This document shows, one piece after another, positions 1 through 10,189 of a stretch of 64,000 nucleotides of DNA. Both the position numbers and the translations under genes were made by a program. Location of the stretch: the IMG/VR virus record IMGVR_UViG_3300029288_000146; one strand, written 5' to 3'. The stretch is from an uncultured virus (IMG/VR IMGVR_UViG_3300029288_000146). Taxonomy: Duplodnaviria; Heunggongvirae; Uroviricota; Caudoviricetes. The notes beneath the pieces are model-generated. The model was given only the letters and a program-made list of their open reading frames with translations, had not been told where the DNA came from and made no database searches. The stretch's first letter is position 1. Each line of letters begins with the position of its first letter.

Positions 1-191
1 TCCACGGGAATAAGTACCAGATGCGTCTTGCCCTCCGTGTGGGGTGCAATGTAACCACCCGTTCGGAGAATATCCATGGCCCGCATCACGCCATCGGGTA
101 CGACATCCTCAAGGATGGTTCCCTCGGGTATCTCGGCGTAACTCTTGAGGCAGACTTTTAGTGTCCACCAGGGCGTTTGTGCTCTGGGCAT
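1..191 (-). CDS. Hypothetical protein, runs off the window start
   Basis: AGGAG RBS then ATG at 191 (MPRAQTPWW...), open to the window edge. Confidence 0.5.
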   Translation of the reverse strand, partial: MPRAQTPWWTLKVCLKSYAEIPEGTILEDVVPDGVMRAMDILRTGGYIAPHTEGKTHLVLIPV

Positions 192-201
192 CTCTACTCC
201 T

Positions 202-645
202 CTAAACCCGACATTCGCTCAGAATAATCCGCTTTGCTTCTTCATAACGCTGCCTGTAGGTTTGTGTCTGCTGGTCTGGTTGCGCATCTCGGGCGCGGCG
301 CACCGCCGCGCAACGCTCACAGGCGATCCTGAACCGTTCCGTCCTGTCGGCCGAAGAGGACGCCCACATCCCCGTGATCTGGTTCTCCGTAATGGTGTCG
401 CTGTCGAGCACCCGGTACGCCAGTTCGTCATCGCTTAGGGCGTCAAAACGAGCGGTTATCTCGGGCGTTAGCACGGGATCGGGCGGGCTGATCGAAGCCC
501 AATGCCATTGTCTGGGATCGTCCTTGGCGGCCACGTCTGCTTTGATCTTGGCTACAATGGCGTCAAGCTGCGCGAGTTCATCGGCGCCCCACTCATCCAA
601 GCGCCAATACTCGACCGACAACAGCGTGTCTTTACTGAACCCCAT
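202..645 (-). CDS. Hypothetical phage protein
   Basis: Tightly packed in the minus-strand operon with GGAG RBS. Confidence 0.6.
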   Translation of the reverse strand: MGFSKDTLLSVEYWRLDEWGADELAQLDAIVAKIKADVAAKDDPRQWHWASISPPDPVLTPEITARFDALSDDELAYRVLDSDTITENQITGMWASSSADRTERFRIACERCAAVRRARDAQPDQQTQTYRQRYEEAKRIILSECRV

Positions 646-648
646 CTT

Positions 649-933
649 CTACTCCCTGTCCATGTAGTCGTAAACCTTAGCTCCACCGACCAGCAGCAGA
701 TATGCGGCTGCCCACTCCCAGAACCCCGCTCCCAACACCAGCGCAGCACCCACACTCAGCCAGAACCCCAGGCACAGCGGGCAGTCCGTGAGTTGTTCCC
801 ATAGCAGCGCGGCTTCCCCGTACTCCAAGCGGTTCAGCAGGCGGGACACCGGAGACACTACGTACCTGTAGCCGATGTCGCTGCGGGCGATGAGGAGGTA
901 CAGCACCAGTGCGGCGAGGAATACGTGGAGCAT
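649..933 (-). CDS. Small membrane protein, DUF1360-like
   Basis: Hydrophobic helices with CPLCLGFW motif; likely start MLHVF at 933. Confidence 0.55.
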   Translation of the reverse strand: MLHVFLAALVLYLLIARSDIGYRYVVSPVSRLLNRLEYGEAALLWEQLTDCPLCLGFWLSVGAALVLGAGFWEWAAAYLLLVGGAKVYDYMDRE

Positions 934-937
934 TTCG

Positions 938-1291
938 TTATCCCACATCCCGCAGGACATGAATATCGAACACCGCAATGGTCTCGCCGACGTTCGTGGC
1001 TGTTTCGAGTTCGATCTCGGCGGTGTAGTCTTCGACATCGGCGGTCTGCGTGGTCGTGAAGGCGAAGTCCACGATGCCGTTTGCCGCAGCGCCCACCGTG
1101 CTCCCGGTGATGGTGAAGTCGGCCGTGGATGCCATCAAGTCCTTCTTCATGTGCAGGTAGGCCGTGTAGGTAGTGAGGTCGATGGCGTCCCCGTTGTCGT
1201 CTTGGAGGGTCGCGCGCAGGGTTACGGTGTCGCCGTGGTAAAGCCTCACTTCGACTCGCGCGCCGCCCTGCCGGAAGGTTTCTTCTTTCAT
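938..1291 (-). CDS. BppU N-terminal-like structural protein
   Basis: GDT..LRATLQDDNGDAIDLT pattern, beta-rich; coupled to the portal stop codon. Confidence 0.5.
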   Translation of the reverse strand: MKEETFRQGGARVEVRLYHGDTVTLRATLQDDNGDAIDLTTYTAYLHMKKDLMASTADFTITGSTVGAAANGIVDFAFTTTQTADVEDYTAEIELETATNVGETIAVFDIHVLRDVG

Positions 1292-2610
1292 TCTTCGGCC
1301 TCTTCCTCGGTTTCGTCTTCTTCTTCGGAGTCCTCGGCGTATCGTTTCTTCGCGGCGTCACTGAGTGTTTTCGCGGCCGTGAGAATGGCCTCGCGTTCGG
1401 CTCGTGTCTGATCCAGCAGGCGCTTCTGTTTGGCTGTTAGTGGCGGGAGATCGCGGAGCAGGCGGGATTGAGCGATGAACTCGTCCTCAGTGATTACGCC
1501 GTCGTTCTTCATGTCCTTGAGGTTGCGGTAGGCGGTTTCGCGTTCGGCGTCGTCCTTCTGCACGAGTGCGGGGAAGTGGAGCTTGTACTTGCTCCCGTAG
1601 ACCTTCTCCATGATCTCGTGGCATTTCACGCGGATTGCTTCGGCCTGGGCTAGCAGGGGGTCGATCTCCAGCAGGCGGGAGCGTCCGGACATGTTATGCA
1701 GAGCCTCGATCTTCGTTAGCCCCGTGATGTCGCGGATGCGCGCCTCTAGCTTCTCCAGCTCCGTGAACATCGGGGCGATGCCGTCGGGGTGGGTATCGGC
1801 GTAGTAAGCAGAGACGTTGTTGCCCGGTGGCAGGATTTCGCGGCCTTCGCCATCCTGTACGTCGCCGGGTGCCGTCTTGACTTCGGTAACACCCTGGTAG
1901 GTCTTTACCCGGCGGCTGTGGCGGTTGTTATCTACAGCGATGTTCCAGAACGCGGCTTCCCAGCGGAGGATCGCGGCCTTGACGGGTTCGAGTATCGAGC
2001 AGTTGTCGATCCAGCGGATGAAACGGTAGGGCCACTCCGCCAGCGCCACTTCCGCCGACATGGCCTCGCCGATCTTCGTTTCGTCCACGTTCTCGTCGTA
2101 CTCGCCTTCCGAGAATGTGTAGTGCTCTTGGGGTGCGGCGGTCGTGGTGGGCTCGTCTATCTGGCGCCGGTAGATCGCCCGGTAGCGGATGCGCCGCTTG
2201 GTTGCGTCGTTCACCTTTTCGGTGAGGTAGTCGATGATGACTTCCGTCAGCTCTTCGCGGTCGTTGTAGTCATACGAGTAGATGTGGTGTGGGTCTTCGA
2301 TCCGCACGCTTCCGTCACTGCGGATGAACGGTAGGACGAAGCCATTGACGAGCATGACGATGATGGCGTGGCGCAGGGGGAAGCGGGGTTCGACCGTCCA
2401 GCGCCGCATGGCGAAGCGCGCCAGGGCCGTCGGTACATCGTGCGCCCATCCGCCCAGCATGCCCTTGGAGTCGTACAGCGCCAGGGGTGTGAGATGGGAG
2501 AGGGCCTTTTCGATTTCCTTCTTGTCCGCCTCTTTCTGCGCGGCCCTAAGCCCTTCAATGTAGGTCTTGAAGTCGTATGTCGTTTCCGCTTGAAGGACTA
2601 CATGAACCAT
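1288..2610 (-). CDS. Putative portal protein
   Basis: 440 aa, directly downstream of TerL, helical, with SGRSRL and G(V)IT..E features typical of portals; call is partly positional. Confidence 0.65.
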   Translation of the reverse strand: MVHVVLQAETTYDFKTYIEGLRAAQKEADKKEIEKALSHLTPLALYDSKGMLGGWAHDVPTALARFAMRRWTVEPRFPLRHAIIVMLVNGFVLPFIRSDGSVRIEDPHHIYSYDYNDREELTEVIIDYLTEKVNDATKRRIRYRAIYRRQIDEPTTTAAPQEHYTFSEGEYDENVDETKIGEAMSAEVALAEWPYRFIRWIDNCSILEPVKAAILRWEAAFWNIAVDNNRHSRRVKTYQGVTEVKTAPGDVQDGEGREILPPGNNVSAYYADTHPDGIAPMFTELEKLEARIRDITGLTKIEALHNMSGRSRLLEIDPLLAQAEAIRVKCHEIMEKVYGSKYKLHFPALVQKDDAERETAYRNLKDMKNDGVITEDEFIAQSRLLRDLPPLTAKQKRLLDQTRAEREAILTAAKTLSDAAKKRYAEDSEEEDETEEEAEE

Positions 2611-2614
2611 GCCG

Positions 2615-3913
2615 CTATTTCACTTCCGCGATTTTTACGGGATAGAAGGGTGCCATCAGCGCTGCCAGCCAATCGGAGTGTGTGGGCTTGAGCAAATCCG
2701 AGGCCGTGTACCGGACACCGACGTTTTTGAGGTCATTGATACACGACTGCGCGAACTCTCCATCATCAACCCACAACATACGGTTGGCCTGCGATTGAAC
2801 CTGTAGGGTTTTGCAGCATTCACTCTTTTCCGACTGTCCCGGCCAGGCTTCCTTGAGGGCTTCCGGACGCACGAGCTTGTCCTTGAGGATGTCCGCGCAG
2901 ACATTCCCGACGCCCACGGTTTCGGCATACACGGTCGTCCACGGGAAGTCGTCGGATTCCAACTTCTCATTGATCCGCTCGATCTGCTGGGCGTATCCCA
3001 AGCCGCTGTACTGGCCGTAGCCGTACAGCACATAATCCAGCCCCCCTTCGGTGTGCATCACCGCTACGCCGACGAGGGCCGATGAGTCGCTGCGCTTGCC
3101 CCAGTCGATGCCCACACGCAAATCGCGGGCCTCCAAGGGGCTGAACTGGCGGCCCGGGTACTTGTCGTCCCAGCGGTGGATGTTCGGGAGCAGGGCGTAT
3201 TCCACGTCGGGAATCCGCATGCACTCGTAGTGGGCCGCGAAGTCCACGGGTGTCAGGCGCTGGCGTTCGAGCTTCATGCGCTCGACCCACTTGATGAGCG
3301 TGGCGTTGCCCGTCCGCCTGGCCTCGCTCTCCACAACCCCCCTAGGGACTTCAGCAGTGAGCACCTGGGGGTCGTCGAACATGGTCTCGATGAAGGACGA
3401 CGCGATACCCCCGATGCCGATGCACATGACGATACCGTTGGTCATGTTCGTCATCGGGCCGAGGTCGGGATAGACATTCGCGTAATCCACGTCCTGGGCC
3501 TCGTCCACCAGCACAATATCCGCGCTTTCGCTTTCCCGCTGGGCTTCCTTGTTCCCGCTCAAGCAGATAAACCCGGCGTCGTCCTCGAAGCGCCCCTCCA
3601 TGACTCCGTTGGGGTCGATCTCCTGTCCGGAGGCCCGCATGATCTGGAGGATTTTGCGGCTGATCTTCTGGGTCTTCTGCTGCTTTGTGGAGATAATCAC
3701 CAGGCGGATGCGGTGGCGGATGATCATGTAAGCCAGCCAGACGCTGAGGATCGCCGTCTTACCTGTTTGCCGTGCTTGTTTGATGGCCGCGTCTGTTCGC
3801 GTTTCCCAGGCACGAAAGAGCATCCGCACCACCGGCCGCTGGTAGTCGAACAGCTCCATGTGGCCGAAGCGGAGAAAGTCTTCGAAGTCTTTAGGCAGTT
3901 TCGTCTGGGTCAT
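2615..3913 (-). CDS. terL: Terminase large subunit
   Basis: LFDYQ Q-motif, Walker A ARQTGKT, Walker B VLVDEAQD, nuclease motif GIDWGKRSD. Confidence 0.9.
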   Translation of the reverse strand: MTQTKLPKDFEDFLRFGHMELFDYQRPVVRMLFRAWETRTDAAIKQARQTGKTAILSVWLAYMIIRHRIRLVIISTKQQKTQKISRKILQIMRASGQEIDPNGVMEGRFEDDAGFICLSGNKEAQRESESADIVLVDEAQDVDYANVYPDLGPMTNMTNGIVMCIGIGGIASSFIETMFDDPQVLTAEVPRGVVESEARRTGNATLIKWVERMKLERQRLTPVDFAAHYECMRIPDVEYALLPNIHRWDDKYPGRQFSPLEARDLRVGIDWGKRSDSSALVGVAVMHTEGGLDYVLYGYGQYSGLGYAQQIERINEKLESDDFPWTTVYAETVGVGNVCADILKDKLVRPEALKEAWPGQSEKSECCKTLQVQSQANRMLWVDDGEFAQSCINDLKNVGVRYTASDLLKPTHSDWLAALMAPFYPVKIAEVK

Positions 3914-4364
3914 CGTCTTCCGGTAACAGCAGGTCGTTTCCGTTGATAACTTCCATCTGCTCGCTCTTATCCAGCGCCCGCAGGAAATTCACCTGCACGC
4001 CGCCCCGGTTTCCCGGTCGCGCTTTCTGCAATCCCACTTCCCGCGCCGTTAGTTGCTCCCCCACATGGCGCATCTCCTTGAAGATGCTCAATTTGGCGTC
4101 GGGGTCGGTTGTCTTCGCTAGCAGGTCTTGCAGTTGCGCGAACACGTAAGTGAGGAAGTCCACGGGCTCGACACCCGCGAAAGCCTTGGGTGCGGCTTTG
4201 ACCTGCTGGGCGAGCTGCGCCGTTAGGGTGTTGACCAGTTCCAGTGCTGGGGACTGTCCTTCATTGGTATTCCCGTCCCGCACCCTCAAACCCCCGCTTA
4301 GCGGCAGAATCCTCCGGCGCCCACGGGGTGGCCGGAGATTGCGTGTATTGATGATCCGCGCCAT
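3891..4364 (-). CDS. Putative terminase small subunit
   Basis: 157-aa helical protein overlapping the TerL start; positional. Confidence 0.5.
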   Translation of the reverse strand: MARIINTRNLRPPRGRRRILPLSGGLRVRDGNTNEGQSPALELVNTLTAQLAQQVKAAPKAFAGVEPVDFLTYVFAQLQDLLAKTTDPDAKLSIFKEMRHVGEQLTAREVGLQKARPGNRGGVQVNFLRALDKSEQMEVINGNDLLLPEDDDPDETA

Positions 4365-4771
4365 CAGTTCTTCCGCCTACCGCCACGCTGGAGTTTGAGC
4401 CCGCCATCGGTGGCCGGCGGCTCTCCGCCGTCCTCGGGAATTTCCGGGTCGGGGTCGAGGGGTTCGTCAGCGGGTGGTTCGGGGATGCGGGCTGGGGTTG
4501 GCGGTGGGGCAACGGTTTCGGGAACCCCCACGGGTACGAGAGCGGGGATGCTCTCTACGGGGTTCGCGTCCGGACATTGCTCGTAGAGGGTGCCGTGAGC
4601 GATGACTTCCTTGAGCCGCCTGTGAGCCCAATGAACCACATCCGGGTCAGGGCCGCAGATGACGACTTCGATACCCTTGAGTTCGTCTTCCCCCGCCAGG
4701 CGCATCTGCCACTGCCGCCAAGCCGATTCCCCCCGGTTCCTGCGGGGCGCTTCGATGATGTTCAGTTTCAT
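4364..4771 (-). CDS. Hypothetical protein with Pro/acidic C-terminus
   Basis: First ORF of the minus-strand packaging operon, TGATG-coupled to the next gene. Confidence 0.55.
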   Translation of the reverse strand: MKLNIIEAPRRNRGESAWRQWQMRLAGEDELKGIEVVICGPDPDVVHWAHRRLKEVIAHGTLYEQCPDANPVESIPALVPVGVPETVAPPPTPARIPEPPADEPLDPDPEIPEDGGEPPATDGGLKLQRGGRRKN

Positions 4772-4978
4772 TGTCTTTCCCCGGGGTTCAGGTCCCCGCG
4801 CGGCCAGTAGGAAACCGCGCGGGGGCTCCCCCCATTTGAAAACTTCAACTTACACTCGCCAGCGCCGGGTTCTACCGGCTGGTCTTTTAACTTCAGAACA
4901 TACGCCGGGGGTGTGGATTTCCCGGCGGACGGCGTAAGTTACTGGGCATGTTCCCCGGTTACGGGGAAAGGAGAGGAG

Positions 4979-5284
4979 ATGACCAAGAGTGAACAACCGG
5001 ACTTGAAGCCGGTCATCGCGGCGATCTATGCGGAGCTGGCGGCGCTGTGGAAATTCGCCGGTTGTTTGAACCGGCACAACTTCCCCGATGTACCCCCGGA
5101 CTCGGATGCTGACAAGCTGGACGCGTGGAACGCAGAATGCGAACTTGACTATCACGTCAGAATGGATTTGGAAACCCAGCGCCGCGCGTCCGCCTGTGCA
5201 GCCATCTCCCTGGTGTTCGGCCCCGAGCGCGAGATCACCCACGATGAGTTGCTGGCGATGTACAAGCAGTGGGGTGGCGAATGA
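4979..5284 (+). CDS. Hypothetical protein
   Basis: GAGGAG RBS before ATG 4979; starts a coupled plus-strand operon. Confidence 0.6.
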   Translation: MTKSEQPDLKPVIAAIYAELAALWKFAGCLNRHNFPDVPPDSDADKLDAWNAECELDYHVRMDLETQRRASACAAISLVFGPEREITHDELLAMYKQWGGE

Positions 5285-5568
5285 TGGTTGAGATAACCAT
5301 CAAGGCGTTTCTGGATCAGCTTAGGGACTGCGAGGCGGGGTTGCGGCCGGGAAGGGTGTGGGTGACATTCATGGAACCACCGGACGATGTACGGGCTGGT
5401 GTGCTCCCGCCGCTGGACTTCACGTTTAGGAGCGTAGAACTGACCTGGGATGGTGAGAAATGGTATTGGTGAAATCCGGGGTGGGGGAATGACTGAGGGC
5501 TGGTGCGGTCTGATTGGAGTTGCGATCATCCTGCTTTATGGAATCGTATTAACAAAACTGGTGAAACC

Positions 5569-6027
5569 ATGAGCAATGATCAGCCCCGCGTTTCAGGCCG
5601 TGCGATGAGTGAAATCTATGAATACCAAGTGGTCATCCACAACTGGCCCAGGCGTAGCAAGGCATACCTTGCAGCTCTCGAACGAGAGAAGGAGCGAGAG
5701 ATGATACGGACTCACATACTTGTCCAGGGACACCGGCCAATGAAGGAGCTGGTGTGTCCGCATTGCGGGCGTGAGAACATGATGGATCACGCGGGAATTG
5801 GGTGGCGGATTACCGCGAAATACCACCTCCCGGGAGTCCGTGACCTGGATCGGGATTCCCGTGTCGATGCGGCTTATTGGCGGTTTGCGTGCGGGAACTG
5901 TGGTTGTGAGTGGCTGGAGGTGGATGATGGAGCCGCCGAGTCCCCCACCCCCACGCGGTATTCCCCCGATCACGAGGCTCCCCCACTAGCCGAGATCAGC
6001 CCGGTGTTCCAGGATGTGCTTCAGTGA
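5569..6027 (+). CDS. Zinc-ribbon protein
   Basis: CPHC and CGNC pairs. Confidence 0.55.
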   Translation: MSNDQPRVSGRAMSEIYEYQVVIHNWPRRSKAYLAALEREKEREMIRTHILVQGHRPMKELVCPHCGRENMMDHAGIGWRITAKYHLPGVRDLDRDSRVDAAYWRFACGNCGCEWLEVDDGAAESPTPTRYSPDHEAPPLAEISPVFQDVLQ

Positions 6028-6150
6028 GCGACCACGCGACCGAATCCTACAGCCTCGCCAATTTTCGCGCGGCCATCGAGTCCATCCGCAACTTCCGCCC
6101 ATGGGCTCCCGAGCGGTACTACTTCTGGAACTTCAGGAACGGGGAAAGGA

Positions 6151-6531
6151 ATGAGCGACATCAGTAAACGACTAGCCGAGCTGAAGGCGCTGTGCGATGC
6201 GGCTGCGCTGGGGCCGCTGAAGGTGTACCCAAACCCGATGCGCAACGATGGCGTTTTCGTCGCACAGGACAAGCCGAACAAACCATACGAATCGCGCGGA
6301 ATGGATGGTGAGCCGCGTTATCCAGCCGTGCCGGAGGCTGCCTGGGGCATCGGGGTGCAGATCGAGCCCGACAAAGCCCGCTACATCGTCGCCGCGTGCA
6401 CCGCCATGCCAGCCATGGTCGCCGCGCTTGAGGAAATCCACGCAAAGGGCCATGAATGGGGGTTGCCATTCGACGCGGTGATTGACTCAATCATCGAGCG
6501 CCACCTGGGGGGCTGCAATGAACAAAGCTAA
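6151..6531 (+). CDS. Ead/Ea22-like phage protein
   Basis: LAELKALCDAA..GP start and ARYIVAA..AMPA motif; paralog of 25041..25403. Confidence 0.6.
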   Translation: MSDISKRLAELKALCDAAALGPLKVYPNPMRNDGVFVAQDKPNKPYESRGMDGEPRYPAVPEAAWGIGVQIEPDKARYIVAACTAMPAMVAALEEIHAKGHEWGLPFDAVIDSIIERHLGGCNEQS

Positions 6532-6820
6532 GGTAGTGGCTTTTCTCCGTACATGCGCAGACATCAGCGATCAGATGTGCGCGACTCGCGGGAAACATCC
6601 TGAGCTGTACCGCGCCTTGGCCCTCGCCGTCGAGCAGGGCGGCGGGTGGTGCGCGAGCTGTGGGGGAAGCGGGCGATTGACGAGCAACATCAGCGGAGCG
6701 CCGATAGGCCGGGCTGGGGTTATTGCGGTCTATCCAGACGCGCCGTGTACACACTGTCACGGCACGGGTATCTCGCCGGAGCTGGCAAAGCTGCTGGCTG
6801 AGCTGGGGGTGGGGGAATGA
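6518..6820 (+). CDS. DnaJ-type CxxCxGxG zinc-finger protein
   Basis: CASCGGSG and CTHCHGTG; paralog of 24788..25054. Confidence 0.6.
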   Translation: MNKAKVVAFLRTCADISDQMCATRGKHPELYRALALAVEQGGGWCASCGGSGRLTSNISGAPIGRAGVIAVYPDAPCTHCHGTGISPELAKLLAELGVGE

Positions 6821-7028
6821 TGGGCCACTATACAGCATCCATTCTGGTGGACGACACCCACAAAAACATTGCTTGCACGATTATGTGCGGCCACGGCGCG
6901 CTGATTGCCGGCCATCTCCAGCCCCACGAACACCTGCAACTGCATTGTGATTACCGGACGGTGGAAATTTACCGGGAGCTGATCGCTAGCTATGAGGCGG
7001 GGTTGGCGGCCAGAGGAGAGAACCCTAA

Positions 7029-7388
7029 ATGAAAACCACCATCACAGTCGAATCGACTTCTGACGAGACCACGATCCACGACGCAGCCAAGCGGGCATCG
7101 GAAATCTTCCGGTTGGGTACGCGCCTTAAATCGTGGACGGCGCTAGATGGCCTAGCGGGACTCCATGGGGGATTGTGCCAATGGGCTCAGGACCTGGGGC
7201 TGACGATGGCTTTCATCGACCCCGCGAGCACAAAAGTCTCGTACCTGGAGTTCTGTTTCGACGGTATCCGCCTGCGGTACAACCCCGGTGACAATCCTTC
7301 GCCGGAGCAGATCGTCGGCGACTACTTCCGCAGGGGGTGGATTCTCGAAGACGTGGTTCCAGCGCTGAGAGGAGAGAGCCACGAGTAA
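7029..7388 (+). CDS. Hypothetical protein
   Basis: Last ORF of the coupled plus-strand operon. Confidence 0.5.
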   Translation: MKTTITVESTSDETTIHDAAKRASEIFRLGTRLKSWTALDGLAGLHGGLCQWAQDLGLTMAFIDPASTKVSYLEFCFDGIRLRYNPGDNPSPEQIVGDYFRRGWILEDVVPALRGESHE

Positions 7389-7973
7389 ACAAGGCAGCGT
7401 TAAGCAGGCCATACACTTTATATAGCATACACGACAAATTATTGGTGAGCCACGATTTCCGGGGTCTCAACCCGCTGTTTTGGGAGACCTGACTAATAGA
7501 ATATTAGCTTATCTATAATCCATACCCCTCCAAGTACCCGAAACCCCAAGAAATCCTGCTACTTTTCCTTTGCGCGGCCCCCATCCCCATACCATACCCC
7601 AGGAACTCCATAGAGGGCCTACACGGAATCCCGCTGGTATCACCCGGATGTGTGGCCTTTGGAGCCGTGGTGGGGCTGTATGGGGCGCGTGGAGGGTGTG
7701 GAGAGGTGGGTGGGGGTGGAAGAGGTATCGGGGAATCGAAAATGGGGAAAAAAATGTGAGGGGGGATAATCATGCCCCGGCCGGGCGGATTGAATGGTGG
7801 GGGGTAGGGGTGTGGGCTGCCGCGCGGACCGCCAGAATCCCGCCGGAATCCGCGTCGTTTGAGCTTAAAATCAGTCATTTTAGGGCCAAATCACACCTAA
7901 TATATACACAGATTCCAGTTTAGCGGTTATTGAACGCTCAGACCAGGCTGGATGCGGGCTGATCGTGGCCATA

Positions 7974-8037
7974 GGATATGCGGATAAACGAATATATGGA
8001 TATGCGGAAATACGGATAAGCGAACGTGCGGATATGC
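7974..8037 (+). repeat. Eight tandem degenerate 8-mers (consensus GGATAWGC)
   Basis: GGATATGC GGATAAAC GAATATAT GGATATGC GGAAATAC GGATAAGC GAACGTGC GGATATGC. Confidence 0.85.
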
Positions 8038-8347
8038 GGCGAGATGCATATCGTGGCGCTTGGTCAATTCGCTAAATAACGAATTGTTCCCTACTATGTC
8101 CTATCCGCTCTTGTGATTAGCTGCTCTTCCCGCTCTTAGCTTACTGAGCTATGCGCTATCGGGGTTGCGGAGTCGGGGTTAGGGTTTGGCGCACTAGGGG
8201 ATGGTGGCCGTGGGCTGCTAGGGGTTAGGGGATTCCGGCTTAGGGGTTGCCGGCCGCTTGGCCTGGTCAACGGGGTACCGGGAAGCTGATCAGGGTTTAT
8301 GGTTGAAACGAGAATCAATAGAGAATTTCGGTAAATCGGTAAAGGGG

Positions 8348-8375
8348 TTGCGCAAGTATATATATGTGGTACAAT
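8348..8375 (+). promoter_or_regulatory. Sigma70-type early promoter
   Basis: TTGCGC-16-TACAAT with extended TG; near-identical architecture at 11570. Confidence 0.7.
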
Positions 8376-8415
8376 CTCACCGTGAAGTTATGTTTTCAAG
8401 CGGAGAGGTGTAGCA

Positions 8416-8631
8416 ATGGCAAGGTTTAAGATCGGCGACGAAGTTATCTACTCGAACGCGTTTATCGCCAAGCTGAACCCTTATGCTGGCGATTGCGCGA
8501 ACGATAGGGGAGTCGTAACCGAGGTTCAGGATATGAGCAGCGGTAAGCAATACATCAAGGTTCAATGGGATATTGCGGGCGTCAAGGGTGCGCTATCCTC
8601 GAACTTGGCACATTACAGGGGTGTAGCATGA
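8416..8631 (+). CDS. Small SH3/KOW-like early protein
   Basis: FKIGDEV start; GGAGAGGTGTAGCA leader. Confidence 0.65.
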   Translation: MARFKIGDEVIYSNAFIAKLNPYAGDCANDRGVVTEVQDMSSGKQYIKVQWDIAGVKGALSSNLAHYRGVA

Positions 8632-9184
8632 TTGACATTACAGACGTTGACAGCGGACGGCGAGCAGAGATTGCGCGGGAGCAGTTACAGCGGGTGCGTA
8701 TCCTGCGCCAAACCTGTCAGCCGCGTTACCGGCGCTACTATGATCGCCAGGCTGCGATGTGGGTCAGGGTGTTGGAGCGCAGCCGCGAGCCATTGGTTAG
8801 CCGGCCAACGTGTATGTATAGGTTCGCGGTGTAGCGAGCAGAGTAAAATCAGCAGAGTCAAGAGAGGGTGCGAAGTGCGAGCGATTATCACTGTGTCAAA
8901 GTCCGGTTATCCAGTCCTGACCCTATGTAGGTTCGGGCGGGTTGACCATACCGCAATGCCAGAGTGCGCAGACGGCGGCAAGCAGTGGTTCAGCACAGTT
9001 ACGGATGCTGTGCGCGCAGCACAAGCAGCGGGAATCGAGCCAGGTAGCGTGAGTATTAGCGAACTGGTTTGGCTAGTCCCTGGTGCCTGTGGGTTATCCC
9101 CAGCTGCGAGCGCACTAGATCAAGCACAGCGCGCAGGCCGCGCGGCATAGCAGAGTAAAATCAGCAGAGTTGAGGGGTTAAGCG

Positions 9185-9409
9185 ATGATCATGTACGTAG
9201 ACACAGGCAAGCAGCGGAGTATTAAACGCCTCGATGATCAGGGGCGGTGCTGCGGGGTCAAGCCGACAGTATACAAGCGCAAGGGAATCTGCTATTGCGG
9301 ACGCTGTAAAGCGGAGTACAGCCTAGCCACCGGCCGCCAGATCAGTAATTATCGCTGGCGCGTTGACGGCGACAGGGTGACTCCTCGGACCTTCGCGCCG
9401 GGTGAGTAG
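9185..9409 (+). CDS. Small Cys-rich early protein
   Basis: CC and CGRC motifs, GAGGGG RBS. Confidence 0.6.
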   Translation: MIMYVDTGKQRSIKRLDDQGRCCGVKPTVYKRKGICYCGRCKAEYSLATGRQISNYRWRVDGDRVTPRTFAPGE

Positions 9410-9443
9410 GGTCTAATATCAGCAGAGTCAAGGGGGTGCGACC

Positions 9444-9668
9444 ATGCAAGACAAACGCGAGCGCTGGACCGAACGGCTAGACGCGGTTGAACAGTCCTTG
9501 GGTGACTTCCCGCCCGATTGTGAGCACGGATACCGCGAGCTGGGCCAGGAAGTCTTGAGCGTAATCAAATCAATCGAACGCGATGGTGTGGGTTCGGTTA
9601 ACCTGGCCGTTTGGTCGCGGGCGCGGGAACTGCTATCTCATATCGAGGTAGAGCGGGAAACTCACTGA
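9444..9668 (+). CDS. Small early protein
   Basis: RBS and operon context. Confidence 0.55.
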   Translation: MQDKRERWTERLDAVEQSLGDFPPDCEHGYRELGQEVLSVIKSIERDGVGSVNLAVWSRARELLSHIEVERETH

Positions 9669-9707
9669 ATAGTCGCGGGCATATGTTGCGCGACAGGGGA
9701 TAGAGCG

Positions 9708-9875
9708 ATGATCGTGTATTTGGTGTGGCGAGAGAGCTACGACCGCAACGAGGATAAGGTCGAAGTGCTGGATGCGGTGGCGCTGGATGAAAACACGGCG
9801 TATGAGCGGGGCGCGTGGCCCGACGTCTATCGCGTCGAAGAGCGCGAAACGATTGGGCGGCTTGTCATTAAGTAG
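9708..9875 (+). CDS. 55-aa early protein (absent from the ORF track)
   Basis: AGGGGATAGAGCG-ATG leader shared with the 9929 gene; MIVYLVWRESY... Confidence 0.55.
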   Translation: MIVYLVWRESYDRNEDKVEVLDAVALDENTAYERGAWPDVYRVEERETIGRLVIK

Positions 9876-9928
9876 GGTCTAATCAGCACAGCGCCGGGCC
9901 AGGGGTTGCGGCGCAAGGGGATAGAGCG

Positions 9929-10189
9929 ATGTTTCAAATCATCAAGACGCGGTATCTGGGTCCCACTGATACCAAGGGTACCCGCATCAAGGCGTGGGCC
10001 GGGGGTATGAGTGTCACCATCAGCCGGGATTTCGACATTGAAGTGCTCGAAGATCACGCCCGCGCCGTGGCGGCATTGCTGGTCAAGCTGAACAGCGAAA
10101 CAATAGACGGCTGGGGCCGCGCTGAAGATTGGCATGGCGGGGTGCTGGGGGCCGATGATTGCGTGTGGGTCTGGGTGCCCAAGTCTTAG
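9929..10189 (+). CDS. Conserved small phage early protein
   Basis: IKTRYLGPTDTKGTRIKA pattern seen in many phage hypothetical proteins. Confidence 0.7.
   Translation: MFQIIKTRYLGPTDTKGTRIKAWAGGMSVTISRDFDIEVLEDHARAVAALLVKLNSETIDGWGRAEDWHGGVLGADDCVWVWVPKS

Noticed and set aside
3176..3946. Long antisense ORFs (e.g. 3176..3946, 29588..30295, 47360..48175)
   Set aside because: Shadow frames of well-supported genes in GC-rich DNA
7513..7923. ORFs on both strands of the non-coding region
   Set aside because: Low-complexity Pro/Gly translations caused by strand skew; no convincing RBS
8161..8300. Telomeric TTAGGG repeats
   Set aside because: Only scattered, non-tandem copies in a G-rich tract
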